DNA from: Octopus vulgaris
Lineage: Eukaryota
DNA: 64,000 nucleotides
Assembly: GCA_951406725.2 (NCBI GenBank)
Contig: OX597832.1
Coordinates: forward strand, 32,798,001 to 32,862,000
Reading direction: 5' to 3'
In this document: positions 52,084-64,000 of the stretch, one piece after another
Layout of the letters: every line of letters begins with the position of its first letter
Numbering within the stretch: the first letter of the stretch is position 1
Made by a program: the position numbers and the translations under genes
The notes under the pieces: model-generated
What the model was told of the DNA's origin: nothing
The model's database searches: none
What the model saw: the letters and a program-made list of their open reading frames with translations, nothing else

Positions 52084-53087
52084 CAGTGAGAGGGAGGCAG
52101 AAAAACAGAGAGAAAGAGGGAGAGACATTGCTCTCCTTTCTCAGATGCTAAACAATCCTGATCACTGACAAGGCTTTATGTATCCCAAGAAAACTAAACG
52201 GATTCGAGTATGTTATCCTCTGACCCGCGGTATTCACCAGATAATGTCGAACTCAGCTAAAAGCACTCAAGTGTCAGGTGATGATATAAAATTTGCAAGA
52301 TAGACTAAGTCTGTAAGAGAATGGAATATACGAGTGAGTGTGTTTCATGCTTCTAAGAATAGCGACTCCAAATTAAATCAAAAGAAACTAATTCAACTGG
52401 TTATAGATTCACATTTTACGTGATTACGCCATCTTGATATCCAGCTCCGGTATGACGCCTCATTACAACTGAAGTCTAATACTGTTGGCCGTGATTGAGT
52501 TGAGTTCCATATTTTTTTTCTTTTTCAAATACGATACCAAACTGTCTGATCAAACGGATCAAACTTCGACGATATAGAAATTCTAATATTTAATAAACTG
52601 AACGTGTTGTTCTTGTTGTTGCTATTTTTCCGTTTTGCCTATGGCTATGATGTATTTATTTTAGAAATACATACATTTATTGATTTCTCCTTTCTATTTA
52701 TACGTCAGACGAGAGCGTCAAAACGAGGAAACACACACACACACTCACACACATTCAATCACAGTCTCTCTCTCACACACACACCAAAACTCATTATATG
52801 AAAGAATGAAGTGCGGTTCTAGTATTCGTTTCAGACATTTCATCAAAAACTACATTTATGTGTTTTCAACTGTTTTCTTTAATGTTAGTCATCTTTCATT
52901 TGTTTAAGTATCTATCATCTCCTCAAGATCTCCATCTCTCCACCGAAACAAGATTTCCTGAAATTTACCGTTCGTTTACTATAATATTCGAAGGCGTGCT
53001 TTGTTTTCAATATTATGAACGATGATAGACGATGATGATGGCGGTGGTGGTGGTGACGATGATAATAATGATGATGAAGATGAAGAA

Positions 53088-53140
<53 letters not shown>

Positions 53141-53177
53141 CGACGACGAAGATGATGATGATGATGATGATTATAAA

Positions 53178-53549
53178 GGCACACGACAGGAAATTTTTGC
53201 GGGAGGGGAGTAGTCAATTACATCGACCCCAGTGCTTCACTGATACTTAATTTATCGACACCGAAAGGATGAAAGGCAAAGTCGACCTCGGGGGAATTTG
53301 AACTCAGAACATAAAGACGGACGAAATACCTATTTCTATTTCTTTACTACCCACAAGGGCCTTAACACAGAGGGAACAAACAAGGACAGACAAACGGTTT
53401 AAGTCGATTATATCGACCCCAGTGCGTAACTGGTACTTATTTAATCGACCCCGAAAGGATGAAAGGCAAAGTCGACCTCGACGGAAGTTGAACTCAGAAC
53501 GTAGCGATAGACGAAATACCGCTAAGCATTTCGCTTGCCGTACTAACTA
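53178..53549 (-). mobile_element. Two tandem SINE family B copies
   Basis: atcgac.ccgaaaggatgaaaggcaaagtcgacctcg.ggaa.ttgaactcagaac at ~53255 and ~53445. Confidence 0.85.
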
Positions 53550-53568
53550 TTCTTTCAACTTGCCGCCT

Positions 53569-53647
<79 letters not shown>

Positions 53648-53689
53648 TAATAATAATAATGATAATAATAATAATAACAGTAATAATAA

Positions 53690-54950
53690 TTATGTTGTCA
53701 GTGTTTGTAGCACTCTGATCCTAAACGAATAGAAAAGGAGGCACGATTACTTGGGTAAGTTTATTCCCTGGAGATTGGATGAGAAGAACAGCCTTGGAAA
53801 ACACGGAAATGGTATGAAATCGAATCAGAAGGATTCACTGAGAAGAAGGAATATAAGATCTCACAAAATTTCAAAATCCAATTTGACTCATTTATTGGTG
53901 CTCGGAGACCCGTCATTATTCTACTGGATAAAGTGAACAGAAAACCAAGTTTATAGATATTGCCATATCTGGAGGCACAAGAGTGTCTAGGAGACAAAGA
54001 GATGGAGCAGGGATGACAAAGTATAAATGACGGCATTGTAAGAATATGTGCAATGTAGAAAGTAAGTGTGCCCAGTAGTTGTAGGGGAACTGGAAGCGCT
54101 AACAACCAAGTCTGGGGAATACGTCGAAGAATTAGGAATTGTCATGAGGTTAGATAATACTCAAAACAATACTCTATTGGAGATGGTGAGGATTTTGAGA
54201 TTGGTACTAGGGTGTCAAGTACCGTGGAAAGAGACTCTGAGACCTTTGACAACAGGTTGTTGTCTGTTCTCACAGGATTAACCGCAGGATTTATAATCGA
54301 GAGATTTGAGAAGTATAGCATTCTAGCAGTATCACCGGCGTGGCTAGGGTTTGTTTCGACCCTTTAGAATTGGAAATTTTGGAAAAGTAGTTGTAGGGGA
54401 ACTGGAAGCGCTAACAACCAAGTCTGGGGAATACGTCGAAGAATTAGGAATTGTCATGAGGTTAGATAATACTCAAAACAATACTCTATTGGAGATGGTG
54501 AGGATTTTGAGATTGGTACTAGGGTGTCAAGTACCGTGGAAAGAGACTCTGTGAGACCTTTGACAACAGGTTGTTGTCTGTTCTCACAGGATTAACCGCA
54601 GGATTTATAATCGAGAGATTTGAGAAGTATAGCATTCTAGCAGTATCACCCGGCGTGGCTAGGGTTTGTTTCGACCCTTTAGAATTGGAAATTTTGGAAA
54701 AGTAGTTGTAGGGGAACTGGAAGCGCTAACAACCAAGTCTGGGGAATACGTCGAAGAATTAGGAATTGTCATGAGGTTAGATAATACTCAAAACAATACT
54801 CTATTGGAGATGGTGAGGATTTTGAGATTGGTACTAGGGTGTCAAGTACCGTGGAAAGAGACTCTGTGAGACCTTTGACAACAGGTTGTTGTCTGTTCTT
54901 ACAGGATTAACCGCAGGATTTATAATCGAGAGATTTGAGAAGTATAGCAT
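53690..54950 (+). mobile_element. R4/Dong-type LINE 3' region (RHD motif, RLE domain), last ~250 bp triplicated
   Basis: RRHDYLGKFIPW, WYE, ARRPVIILLDK, FIDIAISG, PVVVGELEAL...LLEMVRILRLVLG. Begins right after (AAT)n. Confidence 0.8.
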
Positions 54951-55015
54951 TCTAGCAGTATCACCCGGCGTGGCTAGGGTTTGTTTCGACCCTTTAGAAT
55001 TGGAAATTTTGGAAA
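54074..55015 (+). repeat. 312/315-bp tandem triplication
   Basis: Units start at 54074, 54386 and 54701 and are nearly identical. ORFs 54351 and 54666 translate identically. Confidence 0.95.
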
Positions 55016-55349
55016 GTAAGACTTTGCATTATGTAGCTTGTGAACATTTATAGCTTTAAGTGAACATTTTTCTGGTTGAAATACACCGAAAAATGGCGAC
55101 ACAGCAGTCAAAAAATCGTAAAAAATAGGGATTTTCATAGAAAAAAAGCGCCTTTTTGATGTAAATAATTTTTGGTGTTAACATGGTTCGATTTGAATTC
55201 TTTCTTCTACGAAAGGAAGAGCAAGACTTCTTCTATCATACTCTCAATTTTGGTCAACTTGCGCCGCAGGGTATCGGAGGAGTTAGTGATAGTTGAAGGC
55301 TACCAAACCTGCCATACACAGACAACTTCAGCTTTATATAGAGAGAGAT
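54952..55349 (+). mobile_element. Non-autonomous Helentron-associated (HINE/Lep1-like) element
   Basis: 5' CTAGcagtatcacccggcgtggctaggg, subterminal aattttggtcaac..ggaggagttagt, and 3' acagacaacttcagctttatatagagagagat. Sits in a T/T site. These end signatures are recalled for this class. Confidence 0.55.
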
Positions 55350-56055
55350 TAATAACAATGCTGGGTGATTTTGGAATCGATTGCAGAGTTCGTTGAATGC
55401 AACGTTTGCTCATTAATATTAGAGACTTGCTTACTCTGTTTCTTTCTCTTTACTCTCTTACTTTCTGTCATTCTTTCATTCACCTTTCTTCCTTTCTTCC
55501 TATCCTTCTTTCTTTCTACCCTCACCCTCTCTACCTGTATCGGTAGAAAGTGTGGTCAATGTGTTGAGTACGTGGAATTTTGGATGCAACAATGGCACAC
55601 ATTATTGCCGAATGCATCAATTTGGCTCAGACAGAATATCAGAAAGAGAGTTGTGAAAGATTTAAACTAAAAGATTTTTCAATGATGGGGATTTACGTTC
55701 AGAGGAAAATGATACATTTATCGTGTAGAATATGTACTTAAGTTGGAAATATGCAAATATTTGAGAGAAAACAGTAAAAGTCACATAATACAGAATAGAA
55801 AAGGAAAACGGAATTTGCCTCCTAATTGATTCTTTATTTTCGTTTGAAATCTAGGATTTTGAAGAAAGCAGACTAGCGTGGTTAAATGGAATAAAACACG
55901 GCTGTTATTTCTAAAACAATGATCATTTTTAGCCTCAGACTTTGGAAACGTTCTGTAAATGTTTTTGACATGGAAAATGAATTCAAATCAAGAGGACATA
56001 TTTGTGAGGAATTCCATATAAATATGAAACACCTGATATCACCCCAATCACGATT

Positions 56056-56102
<47 letters not shown>

Positions 56103-56461
56103 TTTATAACGTTTATCAATACACAGTTATTTTGATTTAGTTTTATATGTAATTTTATTTGCTTATTTTTAATACATTGGCAGTTTCTTTATTCTGCAGA
56201 TTTTCCGATCTGATTTCGGAATCATCCAGCCGATATTGATGTCGTCGGATACCTTTCACTAAATATATGTCTATCTAGCTTTCATATCTGAATTGGTTGC
56301 AGGAAGTCTTTTGTAGTTCAACTGAAATAATCGATATCTCTCGTATAGAGATTTACATAGGTATTCACATCCCGGCAAAGACATTCGAAGAGAGAGGAAA
56401 GAACGAGACGGAAACTCGATATACATGCATAGAAGGATAGGGAGAGGGAGAGAGAGAGAGA

Positions 56462-56492
<31 letters not shown>

Positions 56493-56866
56493 CATGGCAC
56501 TAGCATACACACAAAAATATAGTTCATACACGGAGAGAGATCTATAAAGACAGATACCAGTATAAAGACAGTGAATATGAAATATTTTTTGAATTGTATG
56601 AGCAACATCTTTTACATTCACAAAATACATGACTGAATAACTCGGTAACTTCCTCTTCTCCCCCTCTCTCTCTGTCTCTCTCTCTCTGTCTTTCTCTCTC
56701 TCTGTCTCTCTCTCTGTAAATATCTTTTGCCCACTCTCTATCTCTCTGTGTATAGCCAGACACAAACATACCACATACACACTTATTTTGATACGTATGC
56801 ATGCACGCACATAAACACACACACAGAAACACAAACACACACACACACACACACACAACACACACA

Positions 56867-56926
<60 letters not shown>

Positions 56927-57332
56927 CCTCTATACATATTTCAGTCTGTGTAACCATTTGATCTCATATGCACAGTCACTGATGCGCAAGAATGCATACG
57001 TCAACATACATAAGATGCGCCGGTCCAACAACCTGGCGGTCTTTACGCTGAACCTTTGGAGAATACAAACGCACACACATTTTATACATATACACATACA
57101 TACATAAATACATACATACATATAATGTGTGTGTGTGTGCGTGTGTATGTGTGTGTATGTGTGTGTGAGGTTCAGGTTCTCTTCGTTTATTGATTACCTT
57201 AATATTCTCACTGGGAAACTAATCGTCAACCAGTGCAGCAAGCTAGAAATATTTTTCATGCTTCCGGATGTGTACATGCATTCATATCGATACATCATAG
57301 ACAGACATATATGTATGCTTTTATATACAAAT

Positions 57333-57384
<52 letters not shown>

Positions 57385-57400
57385 ACATACATATATACAT

Positions 57401-57434
<34 letters not shown>

Positions 57435-57465
57435 GTATATATACATACATACATATATACATCAT

Positions 57466-57506
<41 letters not shown>

Positions 57507-57561
57507 AATCTAATAAATATATATATATGCATCTATCTATCTATATACATATATATATCAT

Positions 57562-57598
<37 letters not shown>

Positions 57599-58349
57599 AA
57601 TCTAATAAATATATATATATGCATCCATCTATCTATATATCTATATATCTGTCTATCTATATGTATATATATGTGTGTGTTTTACTTAGGGATGGTCATT
57701 TTTTTGCCAAGTAAGGCATATATATGCACATGTGTGTGTGTGTGTGTGTGTTAAAGGCATCCATAGTAGACACGTCTCTCAGACTTGGTCGCACAGCTTT
57801 AATCACTGAAAGTGCACAACGAATCAACAGGTTGTCATTGTTATCAATTTTTGCTTGTCTGAATTAAACAAAGATATCGCTTTCAAAAAAATGGAACATT
57901 TGTCTCGACCTGAACGTCATTCAGTGTTTGTCTCCGTTTTCCGCCGGTGACCTACGGAAGTTCGATTCCAGGTTAACCGGATTATGTCAAAGAGTAACTC
58001 ACGGCTTAATGATTTGGCATAAACATGCAAAAAACATGAACGAGCAAAGAAACGTTATGATGATTATACACAAACACACACACATACACACACATGCACG
58101 CTTACGCACACACACACGTAGACGCACACGCACGCACTTACTAAAACAAACTCTCTCATTCGCATATTGGCACACACACCCACACACAAACACACATGTG
58201 TGTGTTTATACGTATAGAGAGTATCTTTTGAAAACATTATTTTCTAAATAAAGTTATAAACTCTTTTAACAGAATGACACTAACATTTTGGGGTAGAATG
58301 TTTTCTTCCTTTAGTGTGCGAGCGCTTTGATTAATCTTTTCAAGCACAC

Positions 58350-58396
<47 letters not shown>

Positions 58397-58397
<1 letters not shown>

Positions 58398-58533
58398 TTT
58401 ATTTTAAGCAGCAGAAAATTCAACAAAATCTGTTAACAGATTTTGTTGAATTTTCTGCTCTTAAAATAAAGCATATTACTCTACCACTGGTATTTGAGTA
58501 CTCTTTTTCCACCTTGTTTCACATTTATGTGTT

Positions 58534-58535
<2 letters not shown>
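58397..58535 (+). mobile_element. pLTR-like fragment with 75-bp terminal fold-back (58397-58471) between (TA)n tracts
   Basis: ctttattttaagcagcagaaaattcaacaaaatctgtt|aacagattttgttgaattttctgct-cttaaaataaag. The right arm is homologous to 37882-37912. Confidence 0.75.
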
Positions 58536-58572
<37 letters not shown>

Positions 58573-59022
58573 TAAGCAATAATTGTATCGATAGAGGATA
58601 TGGCGGGTGGTACACGTTCACAGTTTATTTCCTTTTTATTTTACAATGGCATAAAGCATACTTTTTGGGTTGCGACAAACTACATTTGCTTGTACGGCAC
58701 AGAAAATTGATGGTGGCGTATGCAACCGGGCAGTCTCCATATTCTCTATAGTTATAATTATTGGTAATATACACTGCAGACAATATTACCATCCAGAGAA
58801 GCGAGCACGGAATTACCTACTGGAGGTATGAGTGACAACGCCTAGAGGTCATAAACGCAAATTATTAAGTGATGCGGTTAGCTGCAAGCCGAAACATAAC
58901 TGTGAGGTAACATGGCATCTACCCGTATACTACATCCAACGACACCCATATGTACATATGTACATATATATGTATGTATGTATGTATATATATATATATA
59001 TATTCATATACATATACATATA

Positions 59023-59128
<106 letters not shown>

Positions 59129-59151
59129 GAAGCAGAGACAGCTACACGCAC

Positions 59152-59199
<48 letters not shown>

Positions 59200-59204
<5 letters not shown>

Positions 59205-59700
59205 GCTCAGTAAAAAGTAAGCAACCTTTTGAAACAGGAAATTCATCACAATATATTTCAACAATGTGGAAATTTTATTCATCAAAGTAATTACCATTAC
59301 AATCAACACATTTGTGCTAATGAGTTTATTCTGCTGATTTAAAGATCTGGAGCTGATGAACTCTTTAAACGCATTTTCAGCATCGGTTTTGTTTTTGAAC
59401 TCCTCTCGCAAGGAAACATCAAGCTGCTTGAAAAAGTGGTAGTCTGTAGGAGAAAAGTCTGGAAAATAACCTGGATGGGGAAGAACTTCGTAGCCAAATT
59501 ATTTCAATTGCTGGAGTGTCATTAGTGAAACGTGTTGTCGAGTATTGTCATGGGCATGAAGAATGTCTCTGTCTCTTTGTCTATGTCTGGGCAAGTCTAT
59601 GTCTGTATTATCAGACAATTGCCCCCCAAAAAAGTATTAAAAAATTCAGAACTCAGCAAAAATCCTGTAACCATTCTCTATGGTTCAAAACGTTGCTTAC
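59200..59700 (-). mobile_element. Mariner (cecropia/Hsmar1-like) 3' half with TIR remnant
   Basis: Minus strand HDNTR, YEVLPHPGYFPDFSPTDYHFFKQLD, FKNKTDAENAFKEFISSR. The end tatcaggctcagtaaaaagtaa resembles a mariner TIR. Confidence 0.8.
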
Positions 59701-60049
59701 ATTTTACTCAATTTTATATGTATATATATTTATATATATATATACTCACACACTGTGGCAATCATGCGGATAAACAAATCGAATAAAACAGCTTGGGTTT
59801 GATATACTGTATAAATATATACATGCAAACAGAAGCAACGTAAAGGATGATGAGTATAAGGGGTTTATAATATATAGATATTTATATAACCAAATCAAAC
59901 TGACACAGACTAATTTTTTTATAGAGAGAAAATTGAAGGGGAAAGGGGAACCGTGCCACAACTATTTCTCGGAGCAAGGAGATCCATGGAAATTTTATTT
60001 CTGCATTCATACATACCTGTATATATATATATATATATATACATACATA

Positions 60050-60261
60050 CAGGTTGTCCACAAAGTCTGGGCACATGGGGATTAACACATAGTTTAAGAA
60101 ATTATTATTTCTTATATTTAATTCTATATGTTATGATTTTATTTACCCCGTGTACCCACATGGGGATTAACACATACTTAACGAAATTAATATTTCTTAT
60201 ATTTAATTGTTTATCTTATGATTTTATTTACTCCATGTACCCACACTTTGTGGATACCCTG
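60050..60261. mobile_element. Tc1/mariner-type MITE with ~31-bp TIRs, TA flanks and an internal ~85-bp tandem duplication
   Basis: TA|caggttgtccacaaagtctgggcacatgggg ... ctccatgtacccacactttgtggataccctg|TA. cacatggggattaacacata occurs twice. Confidence 0.85.
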
Positions 60262-60439
60262 TATATATATTCTTTGTATATCAAACCCAACCTGTTAGGC
60301 GTAATTTTTTAATCGCATAATTGTTATTATATCTGTTCACTTTGATTCCTCTTAGAACAACGCTTTACAGCGCGGAGTTGGATCCTCATAAAGACATCGG
60401 AGTTTAAGTTCGAATCCTCAGAGCGCTCCTAAGTATTTG

Positions 60440-60625
60440 CTATACCGAGAATTTTGGGAGGTCATCAGGTGACTGGATAGATATATGTCCGTGCACACCT
60501 TTCGATGCCATGTGGACCATAAGGTCTACAAATCTAACGGACGCCTCAAAAGACATATTAGACGCCATGATGGATCTAAACTTTAGGTACAAGAGGTGGT
60601 CAGACCCTGCATAAAGAGTACACAA
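60440..60625 (+). mobile_element. Possible RTE LINE 3' tip with decayed C2H2-like finger
   Basis: One + frame reads HTFRCHVDHKVYKSNGRLKRHIRRH. Confidence 0.35.
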
Positions 60626-61170
60626 CCACCATACACACACAAACGCATATGTATATATATATATATATGTATATATATCTATATATATACACATACATAT
60701 ATATATCGACATTGTTTGAATCATCATGCATTATCTCGATTCAATCATTGTTTATTCTTAAAACGATGTTAGGGTTGGTGTGAGAGGCCAGGTCAAGCTA
60801 GTATGAATATAAAACTGGTAGAATATTTTGGGTCAATATGTCTGGTTTAAATGCTGAAGAGCTAAGTCTTTCCTGCTTGCTATTTAGAACATAAAAGTAT
60901 GTAATAAATGTGCGTTTCCATGAAAAGTCTTTGAAACGGTCCGCTTGTAACGTTCGCTTATTTCTCACATCCATATGCTCAATAGTTTCTTCTTGTGTGT
61001 TGTTTGTTTCTTCCCCAAATGATATTGTTTAGCAGCCATCTTATTTTATCACCGTTTATCGCTCGCTAGAGGTTATTCACCATTTATCTACATTTATCCT
61101 CATTGGATTCACATTATTTTATCGTACGTATAGTATGATTATATATAATATATATGTTTGTGTGTGTGTG

Positions 61171-61341
<171 letters not shown>

Positions 61342-62138
61342 ATATATATATGTATTTTTGTCTCTCACTTATCCACCTAAACCCATTTTCTGAATTAACC
61401 GATTTGTCTTCTATTCCATCTTTAAATTCTGTTTGAAACTTCTCCTTATAAGAATGACTGGGCATCTTTAGAATCTTAAAGGCGTATTTATGTTTGAGTA
61501 GGTGTTGATATAAATGCCTTAATCCATATGTGTGCGTAGAAGTGTGAATATACCACAATATATAAAATCCGGTTTTCCTACGAAATAATTTATATGCTTG
61601 TATAATGATATCAACAACTATATGTATATATGTATATGCATACACACGTAGGGGTTTTAAAGTGTTTACAAGAGTTAGATGTATATAAATACCTCATGAA
61701 AACCAAGGCTAGTAAATTCGAGTCTATCCCACTCTATGCAAGTGTTTATGCGTGCCTCAGTAATCATTTAGTGTATGTGAAAGACAGGGCCTTAATGTGC
61801 GCTTTATGTGCCCCTACATTTGTACATATATTAACCCAAACATACTCATACATGCATAATATTTGTCAAACACTTATGCACAAGCATATGTTACACGGGA
61901 TCGTAAATGAAGTTACATATGTGCACATGCAACATACATGATTCCTACAAAAACAGCAAAGATTGTACGATGAATCCTCCCACATTGAAGCTATGTATTT
62001 GGACGTGTGTGGCTCTCATGAAAATCAAAACATTCTGAAAACAATTTGTTACCGACCTTCATGTCGCTATTTTCCTGTCCCTCTCTGCTACACACACACA
62101 CACACATACACACGCACACACACACGCACACACACACA

Positions 62139-62176
<38 letters not shown>

Positions 62177-62178
62177 AA

Positions 62179-63419
62179 CGAGGAGTCACAAACTATCTGC
62201 AATTTCACGAAAGCTTACTTTAGTTTGGTCGCACTGCCTTCCGGCCTCGTGTGCTATAAGTTGTTACTCTTGTACTTTCGAAACTGAGGTTCGACTTTGA
62301 TTGCACCAGTTATCGTTCGTGTCTTACCGACTAAACATGACTGCACCGATGGCTGTGTTCACCATGGAAGAACAGATATCAATGATCCAATTTCTCCGGT
62401 CTGACGTTGTGACAGGAGGTGATAATTATCTCAGGTTTTCAGTAAAATGCGGAGACAGCGCTCTACCTCGTAGAAGTGTGAATATATAAATTGAGAAATG
62501 TAAAATTGATCAAATTAGCGTTAACGCACCAAGAGGGAATAGAACTTACATCAACCTCCACCACTGGCGTAACGATTCAACAAAACTAAAAGATGGCTTC
62601 GGCTAAAAGACAAGTAAACAACGATGAGGTGATATGCTTTCTACAAATTAGTCGTGGTTCTGCATAGGAAATCCTCCATGGCACGCGTTCCAAGAAAGCT
62701 TACCTCACTTCATAAGTGCAATCATGTGGAGATCTGTTAAAGATTTATTTGACCGCTACAAACATGAATAGAGAGAATAGTCATAGGAGGTGAGATCTGG
62801 TTGCGTTAGCGTGAATGCAATAGGATGGATATGGAATGGAAACGTCCGGGGTCTCAAAAGAAAAATAAATTCAACATTGAACATTCTGCAGAAAATGTGA
62901 CCCACAACTCAGTTGGGGACACGAAAGGGCTTCTACTGGAACATTACCAGGAAAAGGGATCTACAGTCACGAGCGTATGGCGCAGAGAAATAAGGGCCAA
63001 CATACTGAAAATAGCCGTTCTCACAAAATGCCACGACTGTATCAAAGCAAGTGTGATTGTCAAACGACAAATCACACCGTCGTATGGCTGCCCACACACT
63101 TGAAACCATTGAAGAATTGCATTTCGAACTGCTATAACATCCCACACACAGTTCAGATATATTGTTCCTACCAACTATCACCTCTTAGGACCATTCAAAG
63201 ATTCTTTATGGAATTGTCGATTTGCAATGGATGAAGAAGCGCAGGAAGCAGTACATAAATTGTTGTCCGAGCAGCCTTCTTCTTCTGCTTCTTCTTCAAT
63301 GAAAGAAGCCAGCTTCGGTACAAAATGCATCGAAAAGCAAGGAGATTCACTCAAAAAGGAATCGTGCAACACTCACTTTTGTTTTACAGAAACAACAATA
63401 CGTACAGAGTTTGACTTAC

Positions 63420-63423
<4 letters not shown>
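62179..63423 (+). mobile_element. Near full-length decayed mariner (irritans/Hsmar2-like)
   Basis: MTAPMAVFTMEEQISMIQFLRSDVV...SALPRRSV, IVIGGEIW (GDETW), MEWKRPGSQKKNKF...SAENV...DTKGLLLEHYQEKGSTVTS. About 1.25 kb. Confidence 0.8.
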
Positions 63424-63477
<54 letters not shown>

Positions 63478-63676
63478 ATACGTACCATACATACACACAC
63501 ACGCAAGCACACACACACACAAACACGAACACACATGAACATAAAGTGAATATAGGAGGTCGTAATCCGATCTGTGTCCTCGTGAAGGACATTTGCATTT
63601 TGAAATTAATCCAAAGTATCTATATACATGTTTTATTTTAAATCTGATATATATATATATATGCCTGTGTGCTTGG

Positions 63677-63755
<79 letters not shown>

Positions 63756-64000
63756 GTGATGGGAATTCATATTATATATTATATTGATTAAAATTCTTGG
63801 AATATTTTCTCCGAAAAAGAAAATAACGGTTTACTTGGTATTCTCATTTCTCTGTAACTTTCCAGAAGAGTCTTCATATTTTCCGAAATATCAACTCACC
63901 AATTTTGTATACTTTCGGAAGCAGACATGACACCGGCAACTCGGCATCATAAGATGAGGATGTAGGCTAAAAGTGAACGTTCCAGCAAACGATGTATGGA

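Noticed and set aside
54074-55015. CRISPR-like regular repeats (also 7766-8031, 14943-15058)
   Set aside because: Whole units are duplicated with no unique spacers; eukaryotic context and no cas genes.
56183-56262. Strong-looking splice acceptor (tttctttattctgcag) and a short frame IFRSDFGIIQPILMSSDTFH*
   Set aside because: Stops in all three frames within about 65 nt, no recognisable homology and no partner exons.

Overview
AT-rich, extremely microsatellite-dense eukaryotic DNA. I can support no host protein-coding exon, rRNA or tRNA gene, so it is intergenic or deep-intronic. The repeat repertoire resembles coleoid cephalopod (Octopus-like) DNA; this is an inference from recalled repeat types, not a database result. 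Nearly all ORFs in the track are microsatellite translations. Real coding remnants are all transposon-derived: Penelope-like elements (PLEs; a clean 5'-truncated GIY-YIG ORF at 6661-7395 plus two decayed copies), R4/Dong-type RLE LINE fragments embedded in (TAA)n, RTE and CR1-like LINEs, several Tc1/mariner fossils, a MITE, a possible piggyBac fossil, a Helentron-associated (HINE-like) element, and about 20 copies of 3-4 tRNA-derived SINE families. The most interesting signal is a set of short non-coding units lodged between (TA)n tracts that carry minimal type I hammerhead-ribozyme motifs (4565-4612, 8201-8238, 37849-37886, 38231-38270). Two of these share a TTGATAA core (U3-A8 in place of C3-G8). 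These units repeatedly occur as fold-back palindromes, and one fold-back apex (58434/58435) maps onto the predicted self-cleavage site of a homologous copy. Coordinates of decayed repeats are approximate (tens of bp).
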